From positions 23,426,213 through 23,490,212 of the forward strand of contig OZ234493.1 in NCBI GenBank assembly GCA_965153455.1: a stretch of 64,000 nucleotides of DNA. The letters are read 5' to 3'. Both the position numbers and the translations under genes were made by a program. The stretch's first letter is position 1; each line of letters starts with the position of its first letter. Positions 24,567 through 38,265 of the stretch are shown piece after piece. Below the pieces are notes generated by a model. That model was not told where the DNA came from. It ran no database searches and saw only the letters and a program-made list of their open reading frames with translations. This DNA is from Sphagnum compactum. Lineage: Eukaryota.

Positions 24567-27186
24567 GTGTTTCTGTTGTTGTTTGCAAGTTTCACCAAAA
24601 GTTGGCTCAAATTTCTCACGAAGGTTCCCAGAAAAAGTTGGATGTGTGAAAATGAATAGTTCTCATTATCAAGAGAAAAGTATAAGATTCATGCATGATT
24701 TTGAATCTTCTATATTTTGGAGTTTCACTATTGTTGTTCCTGAATTCACATTGTGACCCCCAAAAAAATCCAAAGTTTATGTTCCCACTATTGTTCCTAA
24801 ATACCCAATTAGGTTCAGAAAAAAGCTATCATGTTGTTTGGAAATTGTTCCTGAAGTTCTTTTGATGTGCCACATATTCTCAAATGACCTTCCTTCAAGA
24901 AAAGAAAGAAAGCAGGAAATTTAGTGGAGGGGGGCAAGATTACGAATAAAAAAGAGGACATCCAAATATGGATGAAATCAGATCCAGCAAGTTTGAAAAT
25001 AGGAGGCTTGACCAACTTGGTTCTAAATGGACTATTGTGTTGCTTTAAAATGGCAAATCATGGCCAAACATGTTCACTATTTCATGGTTTTTTGTTTCAA
25101 ATATACTGGTAGTGTGGCATGTGCTGTTGGCCCAAGTGAACCTATTACAAAATAGGGAAACTCAACATGTGAACATGGTTTTGCAATGTATGTATCAATT
25201 TTTTGAACAGCCAAATGTGAAAGGAAATCATGCTTGAATTGAATGGTGTGCCTTCAAGTGTTACCACGTTCTCACTTGACTTTTGAAATTTTGAAAGTAT
25301 ACATTTAAAATTAAGGAGTGTTTTTTGAATATGGCACATAATTTCCTATCCACCTTGATTTTTTCTTACCATCAACAAGTTTATATTAAGGAAATAAAAG
25401 GGGCTTTAACAAATTGGAATATTACACATGGTAGAATATTAATTGGTCAATTTCAAAAGTCCTCAACTAAAACCAAAAATGAAAATCGAGATAAATGAAT
25501 TTTCAACTTAAATTTCCTAACAATCATATTAGTCATCTGGCACAAATTGCTATGGTTATCATGATTTTTGAATGGTGATACATCTCCATGTAACTGTTGC
25601 AATTTGACCCCGTTCTTGCCTGGTTTGACATGCCCTTCTCTCCTTGAAAGTTAGGCAGGGTGAAATTTGACAATGAAACGAGTTTCAAACCAAGTTAACC
25701 CTTTTCACAAACCTACAGATGGAAGGATGTGGACTATTAGATTCTAATATATCTATTTGTTCAAGACATTCAACACAAAGGAGACCAGCTTTTTTCTTCT
25801 GAGGTCTGCTTTCCATACAACTGTTTAATCTCTAGCTGTACACATGCCTTTTGTGTGGGATGAACCACAAAATGGTAGATTAGCCACGTTAGGGTTCAGA
25901 AGTAAGTAGAAGCTTCCAACATGGGAATTGTCCATTTTGTCCCATGTGTGTGTCATCTGGAACCTTGAAGTTTGTACTTGTACTTTGGAATTCTTTTTCA
26001 GTTGCAATATCTATATATAATAAAAAAAATTCATGGTGCATTCTAGATACCCAAAGGTGTTTTTTGTCATCAAAGCTTTAGTAATATATATATTAATCGT
26101 TTTTCATCCCATGAACTGAGCCAACATTTAGACTCCAATTTATTCACTTCAAGGGTAGATTTAGACTGGATGAGGACCCACTGCAACTAAATAGTGTCTC
26201 ATGGAGCTTGATGTCTGCAGTTTTGGTTTGCTCAACTCGTTGAGTTCTCTATTGGAAGAGTGAGAGACTTACTACACTGAGTTGCATTTCTTCACAGAAA
26301 TTAGTGAGTCTGATCATGTTCACTGGATGGAAATCAACTAAGGACAACGCCACCGGTGCTCAGTGTATGACCTTGCAAATTAAAATTGGATAAAGAAAAG
26401 TCAAAAGATGCCAGATTGGCGCAGCAAAACGTTTCAATGCCCAGCAATTTCGCACAGTTTGCTGAGACTGGTAAAATGCACCGCAAAGCTAACACCTGAT
26501 GCTGAGCAGTTAGATACTTTGATTGGTCCAGGTAGGTTGGTATTAGTAATCTCCAACCAATTTGCAGTCCCAGTTTTAGTTTTATGGGTGGGGTTGGAAA
26601 AAGAGTAAATAACTAAACTCGGATGTGAGAAATATTTTTTGCAGGGTCACGTACTCAGCATCGTTAGCTGGAGACGCTCCGCGAGACGTAAATCCCTAGC
26701 AAGTGGCCCGGCAACGGTAATGGATGATTGTACTACATATCAGAACCAAATAATTTGTATTAGGTGTGTGTGCTACATAACATTTAAGCCTGGCTGCACA
26801 TTTAACACAGTACAGGAGTCCAGGAGCGTGATTAATTGTCCTCATGTAATTCTACTCAGAATTGTGATACAACTCGACTGCAGATCGCATATACAGCTCG
26901 GCCGGATTAGTTGCTTACTGTCTTGGTAACAAATAGGCCTGATGATCGGCTCATATGGGACCTTAAAATTTTAGTAGTTTAATTTATAGAGGAGCAGCAC
27001 TAAAGTGATAAGTCGAACTGCAACCCTGCATTCACAATATCATGTGTGGTTATTGCTGATATCAATATGATCAGAGAGGAGGAATTCTCTTGAGGGACGG
27101 GTACTAAGACTGCATGCAGTGGAAACAGCAGCCAAAATCTGGTGGCCGAAAGAGTTCAGCTCGAATTAAGTTCCGGTGATCACGAC

Positions 27187-27777
27187 TCATCGTCTGTAGC
27201 TCCACAAGGAAGGCTCAACGAAGGAGTCGTTGTCATCATCAGAGTCGTCTTTTGGACGCGGTGGATAAATCATGTTGTTCACCCATTCGCGCTCGTAAGG
27301 GTCGTCAAATTGGCCTGCATTGCTCCAGCTGTTGTGGGATTGGGTACTGTTCGAAGGGGCCGGCTGGGCGGCTTGCGCCGGTTCCGTGTATGTAATGTCT
27401 TCCAGCTCTTCGCCGTCGTCACTGTCCGATGCCTCCGGGGACATAAAATCGCTGTAGCTGAAGGGACGCCCCACTGACGCAGCAGCCGACGCTGCTGCGG
27501 CCGCCTGGATCTCGCGGGTCGTGTAGCGTCCTGGGGTTCCCCTCGGAATGGTGGGGGGGTCGTTAGGGAAATTGAGCTGTGCGTTTGGGCCTCTTATGCA
27601 CACCAGAGCTGCGTCATAAGCGTGCGCAGCTTCTTCAGCAGTCCGGAATGAGCCGAGCCAAATCCGAGTTCGCGTCGAGGGCTCTCTGATCTCCGAGACC
27701 CATTTCCCCCATCGCCGCATACGTATCCCTCGGTACTGGCGTTGTGAGCTCCCGCCTCTCTGGTTCCTGCCGGACAT
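27187..27777 (-). CDS. AP2/ERF transcription factor, DREB subfamily (group II/III-like), 196 aa, CDS without introns
   Basis: Intact AP2 domain [41 protein letters not shown] with V14/E19, a post-domain EIQAAAAA motif, an acidic tail and C-terminal LWSY. GC- and CpG-rich. ATG at 27777 is preferred because the longer ORF start (TTG 27861) overlaps a splice acceptor. Confidence 0.95.
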   Translation of the reverse strand: MSGRNQRGGSSQRQYRGIRMRRWGKWVSEIREPSTRTRIWLGSFRTAEEAAHAYDAALVCIRGPNAQLNFPNDPPTIPRGTPGRYTTREIQAAAAASAAASVGRPFSYSDFMSPEASDSDDGEELEDITYTEPAQAAQPAPSNSTQSHNSWSNAGQFDDPYEREWVNNMIYPPRPKDDSDDDNDSFVEPSLWSYRR

Positions 27778-28587
27778 GATGTCGAATGTTGTAGCAGATC
27801 GAATCCGTATCTCGGAGCTGAGATGAATTACCGGCTGGTGACGACCTCTAGCTACCTGCAAGAGAATACGCGTTTCTGTATATGAGTTTCACGTTTAATA
27901 TTGATACATGTGCTAAGGCAATATGTTGAAGTTCGATTCAGATCTTCGGAGCTCGCCAAATTACGCTTACGTGAGATTGCGATTCAACTCTTCCAGTCGA
28001 GTTATTGATCTACGCTTGTACAAACGCGACCTCCTAATTCAGTGCGATGATACAGTACCTAACTCAGCAACTCCTTATTCAGCACAAAAAACCGGCTACA
28101 AACAATTGGTCAACATGCAGTATAAGCGAAGCTTCAACTGATCAGTTAATTGTGCTCTATAAGAACCCCATGCGAAGACCAGCTTCTCCGCATATGATGT
28201 AAACTTCGCAAATTCATGAGATATGACAGGTCACAAGAGCACATGTGCAAAGCATCAGTCCTTAATATACAGACAATCCCAGTCCACCAAAAACTCTCCG
28301 AAGTCGATCATGAACCTAGTAAGTCCACTCCTAATTAATAGTACTCATGTGACGGCCGGTGAGACTGCTTAAACCTTATACGATTGTTCTAAATGAAGAG
28401 ACCTTGAACTAGATCAGCTAGTAGCAAATGATTAAAAAAGAGTGCAGCAAGATGAGTTCACCTGCTCACAACAGGAATGTATGAAAGACACAACCGCTTT
28501 GTCTGGAGTGATCAATCGCTGATCTTGACTCACTTCATACAGCGAGCAGCTGGCTTACAGGTGTACAACAGAAACCTCTGAGTATTT

Positions 28588-28632
28588 TGATGCAGGCGAC
28601 TGGGTAATATATGTATGATGCAGGCGGCCGGG
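28588..28632 (-). promoter_or_regulatory. Candidate core promoter of the ERF gene: TATA-like tract with an adjacent GCCGCC core
   Basis: Minus-strand TACATATATTA (28605-28615) and GCCGCC (28623-28628). A GTGAGT donor at 28533 and a TTGCAG acceptor at 27856 suggest a 5'-UTR intron. Confidence 0.4.
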
Positions 28633-29949
28633 GACTTCATCAAAGTCCATTCTTTTTGTTTTACAATTTGCTTGGGTTTCATGCGGCACAGCACACACAG
28701 TCAGCCACTGTTTCCGGAGTAGCTACAAATCTCTAGCCTCACCCCCCCTATCGCATATGGCTGCTGCTCGCTTTGCACGTTGCATATTTTATTTAACTTA
28801 GCTAACTTCTCTCTGATACAGTCTTAAAAGTAGATCTCGGAAATTTGGTGTCTAAGTTAACCGCACCCCAAAAAAGGCAACACAACAAACAACCGTGTCC
28901 CTACAACACGAAAGAATTACCTGTTTGTGGGCCCACATGTCTTATAAACCTCTTTTCCCAGCAACTTCTCTCCAAAGGTCAAAAAACCTGCTCCTATTTT
29001 TTTAATGTAATTGGAGGGCATATTACCCAGTGTATTTGTTTTCCTCCGCTGTTTGGGGTGAACTGGCGCCCCCTCACTCATACCATGGTATAATCACCAG
29101 AATTTTAAAAATCTGCTTCTAAAAATAGATCAAATTAGGTCTAATTGGTTTGGGAATAAGGTTAGGGAATCAACTATTTTTAGAGCAATCATCATTTCGA
29201 GGATTAGATTTCCATTGTTTGTCTTAAGGTGTTTAAATGTGGAGTTGTTCAATGTGTGAAAGAGGCAGATTTGAACATTGTACTTTGATATAAAGAAATT
29301 GAATTGTTTGTATTCTTGAAATTGTCTTTTCCACTTGAGTTTTTGGTTTTGGTTTTGATATTATATTTGTTTCACAAGTTTGAATATTCAAAGTCTATAA
29401 TTTGTTATAAGTTTGTTAAAAACTTTGTCACTTCGAAAATTTGATAGTTTATTTGTATTATGGTAAGCAAAAAAAATTTGTCATTGATAATATAAATAAA
29501 CTTACTGTTAAAATTTTCATTTCAATGTTCTTAAAAATAAATTTTGCTCTTTATTTTTAATTTTTAAAAATATTAACCTAGGATATATTGAATAACCTTA
29601 ACACAATCAAAAGTTAGTTGACATTCAATTATTGGTTTAATAAGAATTGGACAAGAACTAAGTTTGATTTTGAGAATTGGAATGGAACCAATTTTCTTTG
29701 TTTTGAAGAATTGGCTAGAAACAAGTTTCGATTTTATTTGTGTTATTGAAACCAAAACCAAAATGGAAGAAAAACCCAACAAATAAAAATCAAAGATGGG
29801 AACCCATCCATCAAAAGTACAAGGCAAATGAAAACACAAATAGACACAACCCAAAGAAAAAACAAAAGCAAACAATCAATAAAAATCAAGTAAAGACCTT
29901 ATGCAAAAAGGACTCATAACTATGAAATGACAATCACCAATAACAAAAA

Positions 29950-32900
29950 AGACCTAAGACAAAAGAATTGCCATTTGCCACAAATCGGCTAGTGACAGAG
30001 GTGCACTAACTATGATGTGTGGAAGAGATGAAACGAACCTTGACCAAATGCAACAACCCATTAAAGAATCACTATGGTTTGCACATGTTGCAGGGCTATG
30101 ACACGTGTTATCGATAATAAGAAATAAGCATAAAGGGGACTAAATAATATTGTTGATGACGCGCGATAATGGTATGTGCACAAGTAGTCAAAACTGAATC
30201 AAAATGAAAATGAAGGCACCCATACATCTTAGTAGCAAGGGGAATGAAGTCATTGTTCGGTGTTCATTCAATGTATGATCGTGGTTTCTCCTGAACAACC
30301 ATCATTGTTGCATGTGTTCTCGTCGTCAATTCCCAATATACCATATTTATGTGAGTTGGGTCGGTAATGACGATGGATGCAAGCAAGGTAAAGTAAACGA
30401 CTCATTGCTCCTTGTCAAAAAAAATTTACATGTAACCATGAAAAAGTTTTAATGTATTGAAAGTAATTTTTTTTTTTTGTACAATAATTGACATGATGAT
30501 AATCTTTCATTTTATGTTTAAAATGTTGAAAAACTCAATCTTGAAAGTGGAATTAAATGGAAGTTCTTAAAATATTTCTACTTGCATAAAATGTCTGATC
30601 TTACAAAATTGGCTACATGTAGATGAAATATTGATTTTAAAAAAATTTCAACTTAGTAGAACCCTAAAAAATACTTATGTGTTATCAAATTATGAATGTT
30701 ATAATCATAACATATCAAATTTTTAATATGAAGTAGGTTTGAACATTATTTTGACCTAATTAATTTCAAACGTACTTTCAACCTACTTTTATGATACCAA
30801 AGTTGTTCAAACTTTATATCTAACTTCCCATAAACTAAATGTAGGGCCATATGGTTTTATAATTCTACTTCAAAATATTTTGAATCTACTTGTGTCCATA
30901 TCAAAAGTTGTTCCATTTTTTAATTGGACTTTGGGCAGACTACTTTTTTTGTCTACTTTACTTTGCCCACACCTCAATGTCTAGAAGTTGTTTCTAGTGA
31001 TAAGGATATCCACTCGTCATCGAACATGGGAAAGTTAAAGGAGGGAGACCTTCTTTTAAACATGTGCTCCACTTTCTAAAACAATAGTTATGACAATATC
31101 CCGAAGTGTATCGTGAACCACTCTACGTTCACTCCCACATGGGCATCAAAGTAAATGGGTACTTAAATCGTTGATGGTATGACCACACTCTCACTATGAA
31201 AGATGGGCAACTTTAGGATGTGGCAAGCCAAGATGAGTACATTGCTAAAAATAAGTGGATTGACAATAAATGAAATGTAGATGTGGTAGGACAAAGTGCT
31301 TACCCTTGAACCCGCACATGAGCGAAAACATGTTTGCATGATATTTGAAGGAACATGTATTAGAAATGAGGCAAACTCCTATTCGTGTACACAATCCACC
31401 AAAGAAGCCTTCAACCAGGGGTAAAACTAAACCACTAGGCTTTCAAAAGGTGGGACTTGAGAGCAAAAAACCTAAGGTAACATGGCTCAAGTATCTCATA
31501 ATGCCATTTAGAACGGGGAAGTGCCAAACTCAATTGTGCTATTGCATCTAAAAGAATATGGTGATCATCTTGCTAGAAACAAATGCCAAGTGTAAGAATG
31601 ATTAATGCCCAACATCCTTGGAATGCAGGGGCATCAATCTAAATTACAAAAAAGAAGTTGAGCCTGTTCGAAAAAATAAGAAGAGTGGTTCAACGATAAG
31701 CTAGGTGACCGATAGAACCACCAAAAGATGTTGCATCAATAACTTCTCCAACGTAACTATGGTACAAATATCGAACTTAGCATTATGTTGCAAAACACCT
31801 AGAGATGGAAACATTGTACGAAGCAAGTAGCCAAGCTACTAAGCATAACACAACAAAAAATCATAAAACCCACCTTCGGATTTGCATGCAAGCATAAAGA
31901 AACAAAATATCGTCCCAAGATCCTCATGGCAAACCTTAACCACAAATGACTCAATGAAAGATCTGGATCCCACCAATGCACCCAAAATATGAAAACCCAC
32001 GTCGGCAATAGAAAAACAAAAAAAAGTGATGTAGAATGGTCCAACCCCTTTGGAAACCATGCTACGCACTTCATTCATTGCAGTGAAATCCCTAATGCTG
32101 AAAATTCCTACTACAATCATAAAAACACAAAAAATTACACTTGATGCAAGACCCATTATATGTGTATCATCCGCCAACAAAAGGAAAACATAAATTGGGT
32201 GGGTTGCTGCTATAGGGTGAAGAGCTCGAAGGTGAACTAGAGTAAACAACGTTTTTCTCAATGGGTCCCCATGTTATGTACCTAACTCCGATGAAATGAA
32301 TCTGAAATTCCCATGTTAGGAAGCTTGAGAAAAATACAGTGGGGATGGGCATGCATAAAATCATTGAATAAATGGGGAAAATTGATAAAAAAACGGAAAG
32401 AAAATTATAACTCTTAAAAAATGGTTGACCATGACACCAAATTGAAGGTGTTATGGAAATCCACCTATAACACCACCTAATCTGGGTGCAAATCTAACAT
32501 CGTTCGAACTCCATGAACCATTGTCTCACACCTGCCACGAATCACTACACCAAACTGATGAAAATAAAAAATTTCCATGAGAGTACCCTTAAACTGAATA
32601 ACTAATGTGTGAACAACTAAGTGATAGGTCCATTCACCAATCATGATGGGACTTATGCCTCCAAACTGCTTCTCCAATGTTAAAAGTTGAAATGTAAAAA
32701 ACAAACACAATACTAAAGGTGGAAAATGATTTCCAACAATGTGCCCACATACCTTGAAAAAGATATTGAAGCCATTCGTAGAATTATCTAAAATAAAGTA
32801 GTATCATAGAAGCTTATACACCATATCCGAGGGGCCACAAAAAAAAAATGTGGTGAATGAACCAAAGCAAAAATAAATGCCTCTCGATCTAAAGTAACCT

Positions 32901-33880
32901 ATGTCTTAGGATGGAAATCATCGACAAAATAGGGGAAATCAACCTCAACAAATGGATGGAGAAAGCAAAGGACTCATGTGGTTTCATCAAATGGGGTTGC
33001 ATGTGTGTTCAGAGCTAATGCATGTACTATTTGAGCGTAATCTTCTACATGAACAAAGGCTTGTGCGTGACGTAATCATGCTAATGGAAGTGGGGTAGTA
33101 TTTGGAATCAATTCCAAACATTTACAAGAAACTGAAGTGGATGTTCGAATTGTGTGTTCTTCTTGCAATGTCTCTTAGTTGCCACCCATGTGTTGACACA
33201 AGTGAACGCGAGTCTCCCGGTGGCATTTTTCACCACCCCATGGAGGAAAAGACAAACACCAAAAAAAAAAAAAACAAAATAACATGCCAAGCTACAATAT
33301 TGGAAGGATCAAATGTTAATTGAAATAAAGGAATATGCAAAGTCTGTTGAACATCAACTCATAGAGCATATGGAATATGATGGTATGAACAAGGACAAGA
33401 TAAATCCAAATGGAAAGCATCAATGATGTCTATGGATGCAATCCATGACCATGCTAATGAAGGAAGAGAACATGGTAAAGTTGGGGGCAACACTGCCCCT
33501 GAAACAAATGACTACCTATAAGTGGTGCATGAAAGCTGGTGTTATGTTAAACTTGCCTTTGCATTGACTAAATGATCACAAAAGGAATAAGGAATGTGGA
33601 GTTGTGGAAGAAAAGACTATACGATGGATATTGGAGACACTCTTAATGGGTGTGGCGGGCGAAGCAAATAGAGGGCTAAAAAAATCAAAAAAGGATGAAG
33701 GAACTGGCCAAAGTAAATTAAGAGGGATAAAAATGATGGGCAAATGGATGGAAGCTACAGCATAGTTAGGCATAGGGGTAAAGTTGATTACTAGCTCTCC
33801 ATCGAGTGCCTGTTGGGAAGGTTGGAATGCCCAACAACGCTTTGAAGACAAAACTATCATGCTTGCCATGCCTATCCACA
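29950..33880 (-). mobile_element. Degenerate CRE-clade non-LTR retrotransposon (RT, CCHC knuckle, restriction-like endonuclease)
   Basis: GGISPIMIGE..QFGVVIRGRCETMVH (32477-32710) and GDPL..LLADDTHI (~32290-32160). Knuckle CGHTINDLSTHLL*CPCGSER..HDTLRD (~31190-31100). RLE-type motifs RVDILIT, IVITDPT, QEK..Y, DFIPLA..YGCL and ALQ (~31015-30090). Confidence 0.85.
30375..30974. mobile_element. MITE inserted in the CRE endonuclease domain
   Basis: Imperfect TIRs ggatgcaagcaaggtaaagtaaac / gtctactttactttgcccacacct. The endonuclease translation resumes on both sides. Confidence 0.7.
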
Positions 33881-36800
33881 ACCTAGTATATTTGGTTTAA
33901 AACCAAAATCTTAAACCACAATTTTGAAAATCTCAACTCACAAAACTTCCTTAAACTACTCAAACCCTAAAACTATTGCCCTAAAAGAACCAAAATAATT
34001 ATAATTTAATTTTTGAAAACTGAACCAAATGTTCTTCACAAAAGTAAAGAAGCACCCAACATTGGTTTTTACCTTGGTTCTTGTGTAAGTGCTGATCCAC
34101 TCAATCATGGGGCAACCAAAATTTGAGAACCGGCATATCCATAGTTGTTATCCATGTCTAGAATTTGTTTGTTGTCTAAAATGTCATAAGTTATAACTAG
34201 ACAACATTGGTGGAAACTTTTTCCAAATCTGATTGTTAAACCATTAAGCCTTCCATTGAATTTATAATAAATTGAATACAAAGTTTGAGAAATATTTATA
34301 ATTGACTTTAAATACTTCGGAAAGTGAATATACATTCAAACCATCTTCCACAATGGAACTTTGAAATTTACTTTAATTACAACATGACTTTTTGTAAGTT
34401 CATAATGTACTACAGTGAACCATCAACATAAAATTTATGCCAGAGCTTTATAAGTTGGAAGAAATTTTCAAATCTTTGTGATAATTTGAACCTCTTAAAA
34501 TCTAACTTGGTTTACTTTTCCTTGGGTTCCTCATGTTAAAATCATTGTATTCGAAGCTTCTTGGGATAATAGGTAGTACACATTCATGTGTTTTTACAAG
34601 GATATGAAAACCTGTTGTTTTGTTGTGAATGACGAAGAAATCAAAACTTCTCACTGAAAAATGTTTCACATCCCTTCACTCTTATACCTTAATTTAACCT
34701 TGGGGGATTGTTTTGGAGCCACTTTTGTCAGGTTTCCTACATCTTCAAGGCAACCACCATTTACTATTATTGACATACAAATGTTCTGCCCGGCCTTGGG
34801 AAGTTGTGACTTGTGACAGAGAAAAAGTAAGGGGAGGGGGAGGGCTTGTAAGAGACCGTTCTATTGTGAAGAAAACTATTTTAAATTTTAAACGAATTTT
34901 TAATGAAAAAATAGTTCAATATCCAATAATTTCACCATATGTTGAAACATTTTGAAACCATCTCAATGCACCCCGTACTCATCAAGGGCTTTCCAGCAAT
35001 ACAAGAGTAGAGCAAGGAGGGCCATGATTTGGGAGATCTGAACATGAGAAACAAAACAAATCAACTGCCTTCCTTCATCGATAGATTTGAGGGAGTACTC
35101 AATTCAACTTAATAGGTAGACTTATAGTTGCGTTTTTGGAATCAGATCCAATGGATGAAAGTGTAGGGTAACGCTTGAGGAGCAAAGTAATCCGAAATTA
35201 AGCACTTGCCAAGGTAGAGTCAAGGGGTGCTCATTTCAAGAATGCCCTACTCTGAAGGCATTTCCTGATGTAAAGCACCAACGCAAAAATTGTTTTCAAA
35301 TTGTTTTCCCATGACACCTAGAGCATGTCTGACATGCCCTTTTGAGTAAGGCCACAACTCAAGCGAGAAAAGGCCTGGACTAAATGGGAAGTCCACAATG
35401 GGCTAAGAGTTGGGATAAGTCCTAGAGTATTGAGTCAGTGCAAGATCACTCAAAAGCAAGGACTAACCTGTATCTGGTTTGGCCATGTGCAGGTTGAAAC
35501 TAAGTGCATGATGGGAGTTCACAAGTGCAAGAGTGCCAAGGCAAAACCAATTGTGATGGTATCCACTAGTGTTGTTGGGTGGTTCTCAGATTTTTTAAAA
35601 ACCTGTCAGGTCCAGGTTTTAGAAGAGTTTATAAGACCTGTCCTGGTTCTTTAATTTATTTTTAAATTATTTTACAAAAGACCTGAGCAGGGTGTCAGCA
35701 TTTTAAGAAAAATATTTTCATCAGCTTTCAAAATGTCAAGTCTCACACACTTTAAACCTGTTGATATTCAAAGGCGATTTTCAGAAAACCAAATTTTTGG
35801 GTGGTACATTGGAGTTTTGTCTGATTTTTATATTTGGAGTGCCTCCACTGTTACTACATATATTTTCACTACTCCTACTTGTACAACTACAATAATTATT
35901 CTTGAATCTTGTGCATTAAATGCTGAGTTTCAGCATTTCATATTGAGATTTAATATTTTAAAAATTAATTTAATGTAATTGAATGTAAATAAGTAAAGGA
36001 CTGATAAAATCTAGAATCTTGACCTTGCTACTTTTTAATACCTTGATAAGGTATCAACTCTTTTTAAATAAAAAATAAAAATAAGGATTCAAGTGACTGG
36101 TTCCCTGTCCAAAAAGAACTGGTGAATGAGATTCAAGCAGGGTATGATCTTATGTAAGGGCCCCTAAGGTATTCAACTTGAAACCCAGCTCAAAGCCTTG
36201 CCTGATTTTTAACCATTTTCTCATATCTGTTCATGAAAGAAAAATTAATGGACAAAATGCCCACCTGAGAGGGCATTTCACTTTTCAAAATGCCCCACCC
36301 TTTACCAAGAAGAAATGCTGCTGGAAATGGTGCCCTCCAGGTACACTAGAAATTTTCTGCCAGTGCTTTATGGCTAAGTAATTTGCCCAGGCCAGGCCAC
36401 AGTGGGACTTGCTTCTAGTTTGGTTGCTGTAAAGTGTTTATTAGAAACAAACATTGAAATTTTGACTTCACTCTGTAATCTTGTTCACGTTTGCTGCGGG
36501 TTGTCAAATTCTGATTCGAAAGAGCCACGTTCTTCACCTTCTTTTTCTTTTCCAGAGAACGCCAAAGGAAAGGGGTATGTGTACTTGTAAAGCGGTAACA
36601 AGACGAAGATAGGGACGCTAAGTTGATGAAGATTGGGAGCCTGAGTTGATGAAGTCTCCAAAAAATGTCCACATAAGGCAGTCAGTGACCTAAGGGACCT
36701 TGAGACTTGAAAAAAAAAAAAAAAAAAATCTACCCAAAAGCATGAGAACTCACCCTTTCCAAATTCCAACTCATTACATGCTATCACTTGACTTCAGTAC

Positions 36801-37604
36801 CGGCACCGGCATCGCAATTGAGCCTAGGACATTTGCATGGTGGGGGAACAAGACCTAAAACTCTCGAGTTTCCCAAAGTCAAACTACAAAGAGCTTTCAC
36901 CGACATATGTGTTCACAGATGGAATGAAGTTGAGGTCTGTGTGAGTTCCCAAAGTTAACTATTCACACTAAGGTCTGAGTTCTTTTGTGCGAAAGTGCTT
37001 GCCATGCTTCCTCCTACTTTTTCATCTTCTTGACTTTTGATTTTGGTTGCAATTAGGAGCTAGCTAGTACCTTACCTAGCCTACCCCAAGAAGGTTGGAT
37101 AACAGATTTTGTGGTTGTCGTTCATAGTCAAAGCAAGTGGAGGCTTACATATTATTTCATTTACAAGTCCATGAAGGGTTTCTTTTTCCAATTTTGTGAT
37201 GTAGCCCAGGTGGCTATCATCTTGAAAGTGCTTTAGCCAAATTTGGCCACATGTACTAAATATGGGAGTAGGAAAAACTCAAAATCTTTCTATATTTTTG
37301 GCTACCTGCTGGAACTAATAATAAAAATCTGGCGATTGGTACAAATTTTTTTTGGAAGTCTGGCGAATTTGGGGCCATTTTTTTCATTGAAAATCCTTCC
37401 TATAGGTCGAAATCATATTTTTCAGGTAGGGATTTGGCCAAAATTCGCCAGTAAAAGAAATGCTGAGTCCATGCAACCCTGGACTGAGTGCACAAACTAT
37501 AAAAGTTCATATGAATTTGAGCATCCTGTAGGCTACACTAAGGAAGAAGCTGCGTTTCTTTTTCTCCTTGCAAAGTTTTACCAAAGGGCTAATTTTAATG
37601 AAAA

Positions 37605-38005
37605 CTAGTGTAGCCTGGGCCATTGGCCCAAGTGTGAACTGTTTACCCCACTAATTTTTCATTCCAAAACCAATTTTTGTAATTTACTTGGATTTCCATC
37701 CCAATGACAAAACAATTCAAAATTCATTTTTTCTCACATCTTAGGTCTAAAAATTTTCAAATCACTTTCATTATATCCTACTCACGGAGGCCTTTCCAAC
37801 AATGCCAGGAGCATGCCCAGAATTCCTTTATAATTTTTAGTTTTGATTTAAATTATTTTTCAATAAAAAATTGGCTCAATATTCAATATCTGCTCTGTCA
37901 AAACATTATGAAAGCAATTTAGTGCAACCCTACTCATCAATGGTTTGGGAGATTTTAACATGACAAAGAAACAAGCAAAGCAAACTACCTTCCTTCATAA
38001 ATGGA
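37605..38005 (-). mobile_element. Short non-autonomous Helitron-like element
   Basis: On the minus strand it starts A|TC and ends with the hairpin GGGCC-AAT-GGCCC followed by CTAG|T. A related copy lies at ~34780-35085 and a related 3' end at ~25110-25145. Confidence 0.65.
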
Positions 38006-38265
38006 TGACAAGAAAATAAGTTAACACCTTAATTTTTTACTTTCATACTTTAGATAGCCAAATCGATGTTGTACTAGGCAACTTGTCATGTGTTATAGCA
38101 TGAAGGTTTCATATTGGCATCTATCAAATAAAATGATTACATGCTGTCATACAAAAAAAAAGGCAATACCTCAATAAGGTGTTACACTTAGTAGCTAGCC
38201 CAAACTTTGAAAAGATTTTGATAACAACAATAGGAATTCCATTTAAGTCTTTACTTTGTTATGAC

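Noticed and set aside
27142-27477. 111-aa plus-strand ORF
   Set aside because: It is the antisense shadow of the GC-rich ERF CDS and has no recognisable motif.
27778-27861. 28-aa N-terminal extension of the ERF
   Set aside because: It begins at TTG within a TTGCAG splice acceptor. The first ATG is at 27777.
29095-30999. Apparent CACTA element (CACCAGAA...TTCTAGTG)
   Set aside because: The right terminus is coding sequence of the CRE endonuclease (VDILITRNNF on the minus strand), so the match is fortuitous.
36415-36787. Overlapping minus-strand ORFs in non-repetitive-looking DNA
   Set aside because: No recognisable domain. It cannot be supported without expression or homology data.
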